64,000 nucleotides of DNA, taken from positions 28,944 to 92,943 of the IMG/VR virus record IMGVR_UViG_3300043172_000799. One strand, given 5' to 3'. The notes under the pieces are model-generated. The model searched no databases. It had not been told where the DNA came from and saw nothing but the letters and a program-made list of their open reading frames with translations. The stretch is from a virus. Taxonomy: Duplodnaviria > Heunggongvirae > Uroviricota > Caudoviricetes. A program made the translations under genes and the position numbers. This document shows positions 9,822 to 19,708 of the stretch, one piece after another (positions within the stretch are counted from its first letter, which is position 1; each line of letters opens with the position of its first letter).

Positions 9822-10455
9822 AAAAGATTTAATGAAAATGGCTAAGAATGCCAGACATGGGACAGTTAATGCCGACATGGTAAAGCTAGAAGGGAGGATC
9901 ATAGAGGTGGAAGAATATTCACATCCTATATATGATTACAGGGGGGGTGGTTGGAGCTGGAAAAAAGAATGGCTAGAATCCTATGATTTCTCACATATCA
10001 GCACTGATACGTTGGTAAGGGAAAGACAGGATAATCTAATGGGTATAACCTGTGTAAACCTATCTTGCTTCAGTGGATTCTGTCCTTTTGATAAAACAGA
10101 TTTGTGTGACACTTCGACAGAAGCAGATGAAGAAAGAATCAAGCTTGTTAAAGAAGAATTAGAAAGGAGAGAAACAATGGAATGGAAGCCAGTAAGAGGT
10201 GAAAGGGTACTAATAGGAGATTCGGAAAATGACATTAAAGAAGAAGCTATATTTTTAGCTAAAATTGAAGGCGCAAAGTATCCAGTAATAGTTGTTGATG
10301 GTTACTATGAGGAAGAGTTTGAAAATGGAGAGGAGTTTGATATTGATATGTTCAAATGTATAAAACAAATTCCTAAGAAAACAGAGCTTACATTGCAGGA
10401 GATAGCTGATAAGTTCGGAATGGCAGTATCAGATATAAGGATTAAAGATGCCTAA
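9805..10455 (+). CDS. Phage hypothetical protein
   Basis: 216 aa; ends ELTLQEIADKFGMAVSDIRIK, a C-terminus seen in many phage proteins. Confidence 0.75.
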   Translation: MKMRVKKDLMKMAKNARHGTVNADMVKLEGRIIEVEEYSHPIYDYRGGGWSWKKEWLESYDFSHISTDTLVRERQDNLMGITCVNLSCFSGFCPFDKTDLCDTSTEADEERIKLVKEELERRETMEWKPVRGERVLIGDSENDIKEEAIFLAKIEGAKYPVIVVDGYYEEEFENGEEFDIDMFKCIKQIPKKTELTLQEIADKFGMAVSDIRIKDA

Positions 10456-10652
10456 TATAAAATGTTTAGATAATGATTGCCAGAATTGCAATTCTTATTT
10501 CAGTAGGCATGGGTGGTTTGATCATCCCAAATATAAATGTAGAGTTATTGAATTTACTTGTGTCTACAATGGAACCAGCACATTCAATGAAAATTGGGAA
10601 AAATTGGAATGATTTAACAAATAATATTCATGTATTAAGGTGGTAGTGATAA

Positions 10653-11574
10653 ATGATGAAACTAAAAAAGAAGCCAAATATATCGTATATAACAATACAG
10701 ATAACAGAAAATAAGGACGGAAGTAGTACCTTTAATATCCATGAACTAATTCCTAAAAAAGCATTGACTTCATTGACTTCATTAACTAAAGTTCTTAATG
10801 CTAAAATAAGTGATTCGTTGAGAAAAGTAGGAGCAGAGGAGGAATAGTTTTGGGTATAGGTTTAATAAAGATAAAAGACAAGTATTTTGAGTGGTCTACT
10901 ATTGTAGATGCTCCAGTAACACTTTCTATGTCTCTCAGAGAGTTGAAAGCTTACACTAAATCAGAATATGGCAAATCAGGAATGAATGAACTAGAGGAAA
11001 GAATACACCGTTGTGAAATGTACGGGACATCATTTATGGGTGGTGGGAATGTTGAAGATATAGTTTCTAGAAATAGAGCAGGATTTGAAGAGGCATGCCT
11101 TACTATGGATGAAATCTATAATATCTATCGGAATAAAAAGAATTATAACCGTGTTTTTAAGGACAAGAAAAATGGAAAATGAAGAGAAATTCTTTTGTTG
11201 GGGTTGTGGTAAGGTAGAAATCCCTGAGCCTGTATCTTGCTGTTCTGGTCATGAATGTGGTTGTATGGGTCAACCTATTGATCCTCCTTTCTGTTCTGAT
11301 GAATGTCAAAGAGAATGGAGTAGTAACCGGAAAAGCGTAACAATTCCATTTGAGGAATTAAATTAAGGGAGATGAAAATATGGTAAACCATTTTATTGAG
11401 AATGTCATGATAAGAGATTGCATCATAAACATGTTGTCAAGTCCCCCGTATCCTTTTGATCAATATGAAATCGACGACTTAGAAGAAGTTTTAAAAAAAT
11501 ATGAAAATGTTGTTGATGAAAGTATTAAAATGGCTGGAGCTATGGATATTTTAATTAAAGGGGAGAACCCCTAA
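10653..11574 (+). CDS. Four small hypothetical ORFs (10653-10847, 10850-11182, 11172-11366 Cys-rich, 11380-11574)
   Basis: Contiguous ORFs with RBSs. The third probably starts at ATG 11172. Confidence 0.65.
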
Positions 11575-11594
11575 TTGGGAGGCAGAGGAGGGGG

Positions 11595-11882
11595 GTGATA
11601 ATAGCAATTGATTATGATGGAACAATTACAGCAGATCTTGGAATGTTTATCCAGATCATAAACCTTATGAAAGAATCTGGCCATACACCAATAGTGGTGA
11701 CGATGAAACATAAGCATGAAGAGGACAGTGTTTTAAATAATATGGTTTCTAAATTAGGGAACGACACTTCAGTTTATTACACCGGCAGAAAAGCAAAGAA
11801 AGACTTCATGCTTAATTTAGGAATTAAAGTTGATATCTGGATAGATGATAATCCTCATTGGATACTAGAGGATTCTAAATAA
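11595..11882 (+). CDS. Minimal HAD-superfamily phosphatase-like protein
   Basis: IIAIDYDGT (HAD motif I) and IWIDD (motif IV). Confidence 0.7.
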   Translation: MIIAIDYDGTITADLGMFIQIINLMKESGHTPIVVTMKHKHEEDSVLNNMVSKLGNDTSVYYTGRKAKKDFMLNLGIKVDIWIDDNPHWILEDSK

Positions 11883-11885
11883 AAC

Positions 11886-11912
11886 AAAACCCTATATAGA
11901 TATAGGGTTTTT
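11886..11912. terminator. Bidirectional terminator between convergent gene sets
   Basis: AAAACCCTATA-TAGA-TATAGGGTTTT. Confidence 0.85.
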
Positions 11913-12004
11913 CTTACTTCACTTCTTTGGATTAAGCCATGTCAATATTATATTACTGATATACTGTGATATCCTGTACTCTACCCATGAAGGTGATCGT
12001 TTTT

Positions 12005-12229
12005 TCACTTTCTCTCCCATTCATCCCGAATATTCCATGAAAACATATATTTACACACTTCTGAATGTCTACAATCCTGAATATTTGCTAGACCTGTATA
12101 ATGCACATTTTTGCAATTACCGCAACATCGAGAATCAATTATCTGTTGTTCTAGTTCTTTGATGCGGGATTGCTGCGCGTGGTTTATATTGTATTGGTCT
12201 TTAAATCCTACAAGCTGGTATTTCAGCAC
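12005..12229 (-). CDS. Small Cys-rich hypothetical protein
   Basis: 74 aa with RCCGNCK motif. Confidence 0.55.
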   Translation of the reverse strand: MLKYQLVGFKDQYNINHAQQSRIKELEQQIIDSRCCGNCKNVHYTGLANIQDCRHSEVCKYMFSWNIRDEWERK

Positions 12230-12253
12230 TCCAATCTCTTCCTGTGCTTTCTT

Positions 12254-12772
12254 TCAGGCGGTGGTGTAGCCTGATTCATATGCAAATCCTATATCTGAAG
12301 AAAAACTATGCCTTAAGAATAATTGTGGTTCTTTTTTAAAAGCCTCTCTTATCTCATCACTGGTAGACTGCTTTTTGTCATCAATGTCATCTGGATGACT
12401 ATTACTGTCATTGTAGAATGATCCTCCCGGCTCTTTGCTTTCAAAATTCAATTGCTGATTATTTGTTCTGCACATATCCTGCATTGCTTCTAATTCTGGT
12501 GATGGCTCTTCACCCGTCCCGTTGCAGTTGAGACATCTTACTTTATTTAGGGTTACACCATAAAGCCATCCGTTACCCCTGCATGTTTTACACTTCATTC
12601 TGATCTCTTGTACAGATCGAGGATTAATTGCCTGTTTCGTTCTATATTTTATATTGTATGGTTGTTTATCTCTATCTCTCTTTTCTTTTTCAGCATCCTC
12701 TCTACTCTCATAAAATCCATTGTGCTCTATAACTCCATCATTGTTTAAACATGTAAGTTCATATATTATCAT
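12254..12772 (-). CDS. Hypothetical protein with DnaJ-type CxxCxGxG zinc-finger pair
   Basis: CKTCRGNG and CLNCNGTG. May be two fused or abutting genes. Confidence 0.6.
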   Translation of the reverse strand: MIIYELTCLNNDGVIEHNGFYESREDAEKEKRDRDKQPYNIKYRTKQAINPRSVQEIRMKCKTCRGNGWLYGVTLNKVRCLNCNGTGEEPSPELEAMQDMCRTNNQQLNFESKEPGGSFYNDSNSHPDDIDDKKQSTSDEIREAFKKEPQLFLRHSFSSDIGFAYESGYTTA

Positions 12773-12776
12773 CTCT

Positions 12777-13270
12777 TCACTCCCCTATCTCGTCGTATGT
12801 TACACCGGTTATTTCTGATAATAATTCTCTGTGTAAATATTTATCTTCCTGTGATAAGAAAACATGGCACTTATCTAATATTTCTTTATATCCCTTAACC
12901 ACCTTCCTGAGATTGTTGGTTTGTTTTGTTATCTTGCCGGGTTCGTACATTCTAATCATAGATTTGTGGTCTACCTTGTATTCAACATCCGGCACCAACT
13001 CTCCCAATCTTTCTTCTATCATTCCACCGCCTCCCCAATTATCTTATTTATCTTATCAGCAACAAAACTAGCCAATGGATTTTGTGCCCAACCCATGCCC
13101 GTCCATGTTCTATGTCTATTTATTATCGACTGGATAGCATGTAGGGCACTTATTGCTTTATCCCTCTGTTTCTCTGTTTCACGCACCTTCACCTCTTTAC
13201 ATACTAATACTTGATTCATACCTTCATTAGTATAAAGTGTTTCTAAATCATATGCCTTGCATTTACTCAT
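12777..13270 (-). CDS. Two small hypothetical ORFs (12777-13022, 13019-13270)
   Basis: ATGA-type coupled minus-strand ORFs. Confidence 0.65.
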
Positions 13271-13447
13271 AATCTAACACCTTTCATCTTCTAATATTTG
13301 TACTCTTTCTTCAAGTTCTTCAATAGTGTTAACAGCTTTAGCTAAAATTACAGTCATTAGCTCCAAAGCTTCTGTCTGTTTCAAAGATGATTCTTTTAAT
13401 ACTTCTAATTTCCCATCTGTATCCATTTATTTTCCTCCATATCTTAT

Positions 13448-13658
13448 ATTATACACATTTTACTAATTTTGTCAAGTATTTCTCTTGACAATCTCTGCAA
13501 TATGGTATACTATCTATTTTATCAAGTGAATAGGGGAGAATAAAGAATATTGCATTGGATGTAGATACAAAGGTAATCACAGGCAGCCTGTGATTATTGT
13601 ACTGATGGGAACAAGAAAGATAAATTGTCTTGACAAATTCTCATTTATATTGTATACT
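13448..13658. promoter_or_regulatory. Divergent sigma70 promoters (leftward TTGACA 13475-13470; rightward TTGACA 13485 and 13630)
   Basis: TTGACA-N16-TATAAT (-), TTGACA-N17-TACTAT (+), TTGACA-N17-TATACT (+). Confidence 0.7.
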
Positions 13659-13676
13659 TATTAGATAGGAGGATTT

Positions 13677-14033
13677 ATGGCAACACAAGGAATGATTGTA
13701 ATTAAAGAGGATGGGAAAGTTAAGTTTAAAATCATTGCAGGAGATAATGGTTTTAATATACATAATATTCCTAGAGCAGAATTGATAACTGATTCCCCTA
13801 CGGAATTATATACTGTAGCTCAGAGACATAATGTAGGATGTGCAGATTGTTTAATAGTTTCTTATTTAGGGGATAGTAATGAAGTACGTCATTTCCATCT
13901 TGATATGAATCTAGATCATGAAAGTAATCCTTGGTATTGGGATCAATTTTTTAATCCCGATTTTAATCCACGTTGGAAAAATGGTGGTGTAGATCATTTA
14001 AGAACCATAAATGTATCTGAGGAGGATGTATGA
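13677..14033 (+). CDS. Hypothetical protein
   Basis: 118 aa, AGGAGG RBS. Confidence 0.75.
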   Translation: MATQGMIVIKEDGKVKFKIIAGDNGFNIHNIPRAELITDSPTELYTVAQRHNVGCADCLIVSYLGDSNEVRHFHLDMNLDHESNPWYWDQFFNPDFNPRWKNGGVDHLRTINVSEEDV

Positions 14034-14134
14034 GTGCAGTATTAATTATTATTTCTATAGTTATGGCTTTTGCCGGAGTAGAAGGATGGGGTTGGTTCTT
14101 ATTTGTAGCAGTTTTAATAGACTAGGGGGGAATA

Positions 14135-14584
14135 TTGACATTCATTAGGTTTGGAGGGCTGTCTCTGGTCAATCAAAAAGAAAGATATAAACTGGACTCA
14201 TATCACGCCCCTCCTGCCAGAAAGGGACTATACTGTTTTCATCCAGAATTTGTAGTTCCATTCCTATATTATTGGAAGAAGGATGGAAGAAAGGATTTAG
14301 ATTCTAATAAGCGTGTATTCAAATACAATGGATATATCTGGACACATATTTATTTCCCTAAGTTAGAAGCAAAAGGATATTATTTTGACCATAATAAAGA
14401 ATGGCATTTGACACATACACGTTATTTGGAGAAAATATTTTCTAAAGAGATTGCTTCTATGAATAAATGTTTATTAGGAGACAAATATATGGGCAAATCC
14501 CTTCTTAAAGAAAATCTAAGTAGATATGCTTGGAGATGGAGTAGTAAAGATCATATGGAATTATTTATTAGTGATAAGGTATAA
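14135..14584 (+). CDS. Phage hypothetical protein
   Basis: 149 aa, TTG start; RFGGLS...HAPPARKGLYCF...SKDHMELFI motifs. Confidence 0.7.
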   Translation: MTFIRFGGLSLVNQKERYKLDSYHAPPARKGLYCFHPEFVVPFLYYWKKDGRKDLDSNKRVFKYNGYIWTHIYFPKLEAKGYYFDHNKEWHLTHTRYLEKIFSKEIASMNKCLLGDKYMGKSLLKENLSRYAWRWSSKDHMELFISDKV

Positions 14585-14595
14585 AAGGAGAAAAG

Positions 14596-15165
14596 ATGTT
14601 TAAGAAAGACAAAAAAATTAAAGAGTTAGAGAACAGAATACAGGGTATGAGTGAGATAATCACTGACTTTGAGCGAAGTATATTTAAGGTAGAGGTGTAT
14701 GAAGATTGCTCTTTGATCACAAATAAAGCTCTCTATGGAAGATCTGCTGTTGAAATCGAGGTGATAGAGACTAAAAATTTTATTATAGACGGAGCTTTCG
14801 ACGGAAAGAAAGTATCTTTCAAATTGAAGCATCCTAGAACACGCCGATAGGAGGATATATTTGTTAAACAAAATTTGGAAAAAATGCAAGCATATATTTA
14901 CTACACTATTACAGCACCGTCCTATTCCACAGCGATATGATATGCATAATATCACAGAATGGGATAGTCTCAAATGAATATAGTGTTTGTAGTGCAATAT
15001 AGGGAACATGCATATCTGTATATTGATCAAGTATATTGTGTCACGGAGACAGAGGAAGATGCCATCATAGCCTGTGAGATATTGAATGGGCTGGATGAGG
15101 TAGCTACTTCTGGCTATGAGAAGGTTGATTATGTAACATATGGAGATTTTGTGGAAAAGGATTAA
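14596..15165 (+). CDS. Small hypothetical ORFs (14596-14850, 14974-15165)
   Basis: ORFs with AGGAG RBS; a short ORF also lies between them. Confidence 0.6.
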
Positions 15166-15167
15166 GT

Positions 15168-15866
15168 ATGAGTAGAGCAGAAAGGAAGCATAATAAGAAT
15201 GCCTCAGAAAAAGAATTGATGAAGTTATACCGAAGACAGAATTATTTATACAGAGAAATGGGGAAATTAGGGTATAGGGAATTAGAGATTCCAATAAGAC
15301 ATGGATATGAAAAAAGATATGTTTTAAGAAGTGATATTGCCAGAAGCAAAAAAGCACATTTTCTAAATAGTATTCTATCCTTGGTTAATAACCCTATTCA
15401 TAGTGGAAGTAAAAAATTTCTAAATAAAGACTATGAAACAAAGAAATATATCCCTATGGAGCATAAATTAGGGTATATTTCTAAAAAAGAGTATGGGCTT
15501 CTTACCCCGAAAAAGCAATCTTATTTTAATGAATATTATAATAGGGGTTGGAAAGTGAACTATGTATTTGTAGGGTACACTTTAAATCTCCCTATGTGGA
15601 TGTTCTCTACGAAGATCAAATCACATTATATTTATAGAGTTAAAATAACAGATGATGAGATGCAGGATGAATATGATGAAATACGCAATTACTTCTCTAC
15701 TAATAACCTCTGGATAAAAATAGACCATGTTTTAGGTATCAGTCAGAATTATGATGATTGGTGGGTGACGGGAAGAATAGCTAAGGATAGGGATCTGCGA
15801 ATAGAAGCAGATAAGGAAATTGTAGAAGCTTATTACTCATATATTAGTCATAATAGGGAAAATTAA
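15168..15866 (+). CDS. Basic hypothetical protein
   Basis: 232-aa K/R/Y-rich ORF. Confidence 0.7.
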   Translation: MSRAERKHNKNASEKELMKLYRRQNYLYREMGKLGYRELEIPIRHGYEKRYVLRSDIARSKKAHFLNSILSLVNNPIHSGSKKFLNKDYETKKYIPMEHKLGYISKKEYGLLTPKKQSYFNEYYNRGWKVNYVFVGYTLNLPMWMFSTKIKSHYIYRVKITDDEMQDEYDEIRNYFSTNNLWIKIDHVLGISQNYDDWWVTGRIAKDRDLRIEADKEIVEAYYSYISHNREN

Positions 15867-16179
15867 GCATATATGACTAATATATTAGTCATTAAGGAGA
15901 GGATATGAAGGTATTTAAAACAGGATTATCATTTAAAAAAGGTTATATAGCAGGGGGTATCTCTATGGTGTTGATTATTATGATAGTTCGATTTTTTTTA
16001 CTAATGGTTTGAGTTTTATTATTAAGGAGATATATAATGGAAGATTATAAAGAATGGGGGTTTGGTAGAGCAATGACTTACGTTGGATATGATGAAAGAG
16101 AATACAGTAAATGGAATGAAGGTACTGGCTCTAAGCTATGGATAAATAGAGAGAAGTTTAACCCTATAATCTAACTATA

Positions 16180-16216
16180 CACTTGTGTGCCCCATACTCA
16201 AACTATATGATATAAT
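16180..16216 (+). promoter_or_regulatory. Candidate late promoter, copy 1
   Basis: CACTTGTGTGCCCCA then TGATATAAT; motif is 14/15 identical to 28953-28967. Confidence 0.5.
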
Positions 16217-16247
16217 AAATTATATAGTTTGAACAGGAGGCACACAA

Positions 16248-17006
16248 GTGTCAGAAGAAGATAATAAAGAAGAACTCACCACAAATCAAAAGAAATCTCA
16301 GGCTCAGCGAAAGAGATGGGATAGGAATGCAGAGATAACCACTGGGAAACACTCTGATAGAAGATCCAAACGATATGACTTCAAATGTTTTGAGGGAATT
16401 AGATTATCTGCCATGCAAAAAGAGTTTGTGGTGCGGTTCATGGACCCCCCATATAATGGAATTAGAAAGAATCGCTACAAAGCATATTTGGAAGCAGGAT
16501 TTACAGCATCTAATGATAATAGCTTAAAAGCAAATTGTACGGCAGCCTTAAATAAAAGCAATATCAAGGAAGCAATCCTAGCATATCAGAAGTACGCACT
16601 TCAAAATTTAAAAATAGAAGCAACCTCACAAAACGTTGATGCCCTGCGATTAAGAGCCACATATTCAGTGTCTGACTTTTATGAGACAGATGGCACTCCA
16701 AAACCTTTAGATAAAATATCTCCAGAAATGCTAGTCGTTATAGATGATATAGATGTTGATTGGAAATTATCTAATAAGGCTGAAAAGAAAATAATTAAAT
16801 ACACGCTGGCTAATCGTGAGAAAGCTATGAAGTCTTTACAAGAAATACTAGGTATTATGAAGACTATGGAGACTATGGAGATCAGTGTGCCGGTTAGTAG
16901 TGGCAAGAATGCTATTGAAAATATAGGACAGAACAAGGATGCAGGTCCTAGAATCTCCATGAATATCACAGTAGGCAATCCTGCGAAGAAGGATTCTGAT
17001 GGCTAA
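16248..17006 (+). CDS. terS: Terminase small subunit
   Basis: Immediately upstream of terL; HTH-like N-terminal region (LSAMQKEFV...YKAYLEAGF) and the typical D(F/L)YxxDGxxKPL / K.L.(N/D)REKA.K.L pattern. Confidence 0.75.
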   Translation: MSEEDNKEELTTNQKKSQAQRKRWDRNAEITTGKHSDRRSKRYDFKCFEGIRLSAMQKEFVVRFMDPPYNGIRKNRYKAYLEAGFTASNDNSLKANCTAALNKSNIKEAILAYQKYALQNLKIEATSQNVDALRLRATYSVSDFYETDGTPKPLDKISPEMLVVIDDIDVDWKLSNKAEKKIIKYTLANREKAMKSLQEILGIMKTMETMEISVPVSSGKNAIENIGQNKDAGPRISMNITVGNPAKKDSDG

Positions 17007-19695
17007 GAAAGATTTAAGGAAAGCAAATAATATTCAAGATGTCAACTTTGACTTTAATTTATCTGAGAAACAATATGAAGCATTAGTTTCAATTGCAACA
17101 GAATTATTTTTTGGTGGAGCAAAAGGAGCTGGCAAAGATCAGGCTTTAGATACATTATTTTTAACTCCAACTGGGTTTAAAAAAAATATAGAATTAAATG
17201 TCGGAGATAGAATATGTAACCCTGATGGATCAATATCTAAAATACTACAAACACATCCAATTGAGAAAAAGAAAAAATATGTTTTACATTTCCGAGATGG
17301 GAGAAAAGCAGAATGCGGTGCAGATCATATTTGGTATGGGGCAAGAAAACATAACAAGTATCAGAGTTCTTGGAACGAAACAGGATGCACAAAAACAGCT
17401 AAAGAGATATATGCAATAACTAAAAGAGAAAAATTGAAATCTAAAAGAGAATGGTTCCGAATACCATTACCAAATCCTGTTAAATTTGATAACATTTATC
17501 AAAATAACAGAACAATTGAACCTTATTTGTTGGGAGTACTACTTGGAGACGGTTGTATTACAGGAAATAACCAAACTAAAATTTCTACAGTAGATCAAGT
17601 GCATATGCTATCACAATTTTCTGAATATAACTTTAGAATTGTAGACTTCTCTAAATATAATCTTGAAAAAAACAAAAACTTATTTGATTTATTTTTTACT
17701 GGGACACAGTGGAAAACTTTAGATAAGAATCTCAATAAATTAGGATTATTAGGAACCAGAAGTGCTACTAAGTTTATTCCAGAAGAATATAAAATTGCAC
17801 CCAAAGAAGTCAGGTTAGCTGTGTTACAAGGATTATTAGATACGGATGGAAGTGTAGATTGTAGTACTAGAAATGTAAGATACAGTTCTACATCCTTTCA
17901 ATTAGCAGAAGATGTTGCTTGGTTGGCTAGAAGTTTAGGCTTTTACGCTTCTGTACAAATAAAAAAAGCAAGAGATAAAGTAGAAAAAGATGGCACAATA
18001 TACCATTGCAAAGAAGGAAGAATAGTTTTTATACGAACATATAATGATTCACAATTATTCAGACTGGAAAGACATAAAGACAAAGTAAAATCTGGAGTAG
18101 TAAGACCATTAGGATTATCCGTTGTAGATGTTACAATAGAAGAAGAAGTTGAGATGAGATGTATTTCAGTAGACAATCCCAACGGTTTGTACATCACTGA
18201 AGAGTTCATAGTTACACATAATTCACATCTTATCAGATATGCTTCTATATTATATTGTCTGGCAGTACCAGGACTTCAGGTATACCTATTTAGACGAACC
18301 AGTAAACAAGTTAGATCTAACCATCTATATGGATCTACTGGATATCTTAGTGTGCTCAAGCCATTTATAGATGCCGGAGTTGTAGATATAAATCAATCAG
18401 ATAATAGAATAGACGTTTTTCATGAGGGAAAAGCAACATCTTCTATATTTCTCAGGCATCTGCAACATGAATCAGATGTTGAGATATATAGGGGCTGTGA
18501 AATCCATTTTTTAATAATGGATGAGCTTACACATTTTACTTCTTATCAGTATAAGACTCTTAGAAGTTGTGTACGTTTAGGTTTGAAGATTGACTATACA
18601 GAATTACAGAAAATGTATCCTTTTATGGTAGAAGGATTTTTTCCGAGGATATTGTGTGCATCAAATCCAGGATCTGCTGGACATTCATGGGTTAAAGCAA
18701 GTTGGATTGATAGACTTGTTCCAAATGTTATAGAGAGGATGCCTGACGAGGACGGAGGCATGTTACGGCAGTTCATCCCTGCTAAACTTGAAGACAATTA
18801 CCATCTTATGGAAAGTGATCCATCATATAAGGCAAAACTTATAGGTGTAGGTGGAGATGCTTCTAAGGCTATGCTCGATGGAAATTGGGAGATTGCAAGT
18901 GGATCTGCATTGGCAGATTGTTGGGATAAACGGTTTAACGTGATGCCACCATTTGATATACCTTCAAGTTGGGTAATAGATAGAGGTTTTGACTGGGGAT
19001 CAGCCAAACCTTTCGCTTGCTGTTATTTCGCTGAAGCATCAGGATCTACTGCTACTCTTCATAATGGTAAGACATTCACTCCACCAGAGGGGACAATATT
19101 TATGATTGGGGAACTGTATGGAAACAATCCGGCAGATTCAGACCCAGACACGGGAGGCAAGTTATCTGCCAGACAGATAGGAGCTAGGATAAAAGAATAT
19201 GAGGGATCTGTAGAATGGGGGCATAGAGTAAGGGCAGGAGCAGGAGATGGTCAGATATTTGAGGCAAATAGAGCAGGAACAGAGGAATGCATAAATGATA
19301 ATCTACTGAAAGGATATAATCTGGAAATAGTAGAAGGTGATCATGCTTCTTACATTAACCAATATACTGAGGAATTGTTCACAAGAGCAGATAAATCAAA
19401 AGGATCTCGCAAAAAAGGATTGGAGCTTTTACGCTCTTATCTAATAGATGCTCACTGGCAAGAAATAATTAGTGATACTCCTGAGAAGAATGAGTTTATA
19501 CCACCGGAGGAAGCAGGATTGGTATTTTTTGAAAATTGCAAGAATGCTATAAGAACTCTTCCTACTATTCCAAGAGATGAGCATGATCCAGAAGATGTGA
19601 ATACAGAAGCACCCGATCATATATATGATGTTGTTAGATACCGTCTGGCATCTAATAGACCAAAATTTACAAGGCTAACCCTATTAGGGGTGTAG
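16999..19695 (+). CDS. terL: Terminase large subunit containing an intein
   Basis: Walker A GGAKGAGK|S split by the intein, Walker B FLIMDELTHF, ASNPG coupling motif, nuclease DRGFDWG and DHIYDVVRY. Confidence 0.95.
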   Translation: MAKKDLRKANNIQDVNFDFNLSEKQYEALVSIATELFFGGAKGAGKDQALDTLFLTPTGFKKNIELNVGDRICNPDGSISKILQTHPIEKKKKYVLHFRDGRKAECGADHIWYGARKHNKYQSSWNETGCTKTAKEIYAITKREKLKSKREWFRIPLPNPVKFDNIYQNNRTIEPYLLGVLLGDGCITGNNQTKISTVDQVHMLSQFSEYNFRIVDFSKYNLEKNKNLFDLFFTGTQWKTLDKNLNKLGLLGTRSATKFIPEEYKIAPKEVRLAVLQGLLDTDGSVDCSTRNVRYSSTSFQLAEDVAWLARSLGFYASVQIKKARDKVEKDGTIYHCKEGRIVFIRTYNDSQLFRLERHKDKVKSGVVRPLGLSVVDVTIEEEVEMRCISVDNPNGLYITEEFIVTHNSHLIRYASILYCLAVPGLQVYLFRRTSKQVRSNHLYGSTGYLSVLKPFIDAGVVDINQSDNRIDVFHEGKATSSIFLRHLQHESDVEIYRGCEIHFLIMDELTHFTSYQYKTLRSCVRLGLKIDYTELQKMYPFMVEGFFPRILCASNPGSAGHSWVKASWIDRLVPNVIERMPDEDGGMLRQFIPAKLEDNYHLMESDPSYKAKLIGVGGDASKAMLDGNWEIASGSALADCWDKRFNVMPPFDIPSSWVIDRGFDWGSAKPFACCYFAEASGSTATLHNGKTFTPPEGTIFMIGELYGNNPADSDPDTGGKLSARQIGARIKEYEGSVEWGHRVRAGAGDGQIFEANRAGTEECINDNLLKGYNLEIVEGDHASYINQYTEELFTRADKSKGSRKKGLELLRSYLIDAHWQEIISDTPEKNEFIPPEEAGLVFFENCKNAIRTLPTIPRDEHDPEDVNTEAPDHIYDVVRYRLASNRPKFTRLTLLGV
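17137..18222 (+). mobile_element. 362-aa intein with LAGLIDADG homing endonuclease (class 3 signature)
   Basis: Inserted between K46 and Ser of Walker A; ends IVTHN|S; LAGLIDADG motifs LLGVLLGDG and LQGLLDTDG; W in block B (DHIW), C in block F (MRCI), T in block G (VTHN). Confidence 0.92.
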
Positions 19696-19708
19696 TAAAG
19701 GACAAAAT

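Noticed and set aside
14626-15357. 243-aa minus-strand ORF
   Set aside because: Antisense shadow of three plus-strand genes with good RBSs; composition is unlike real proteins.
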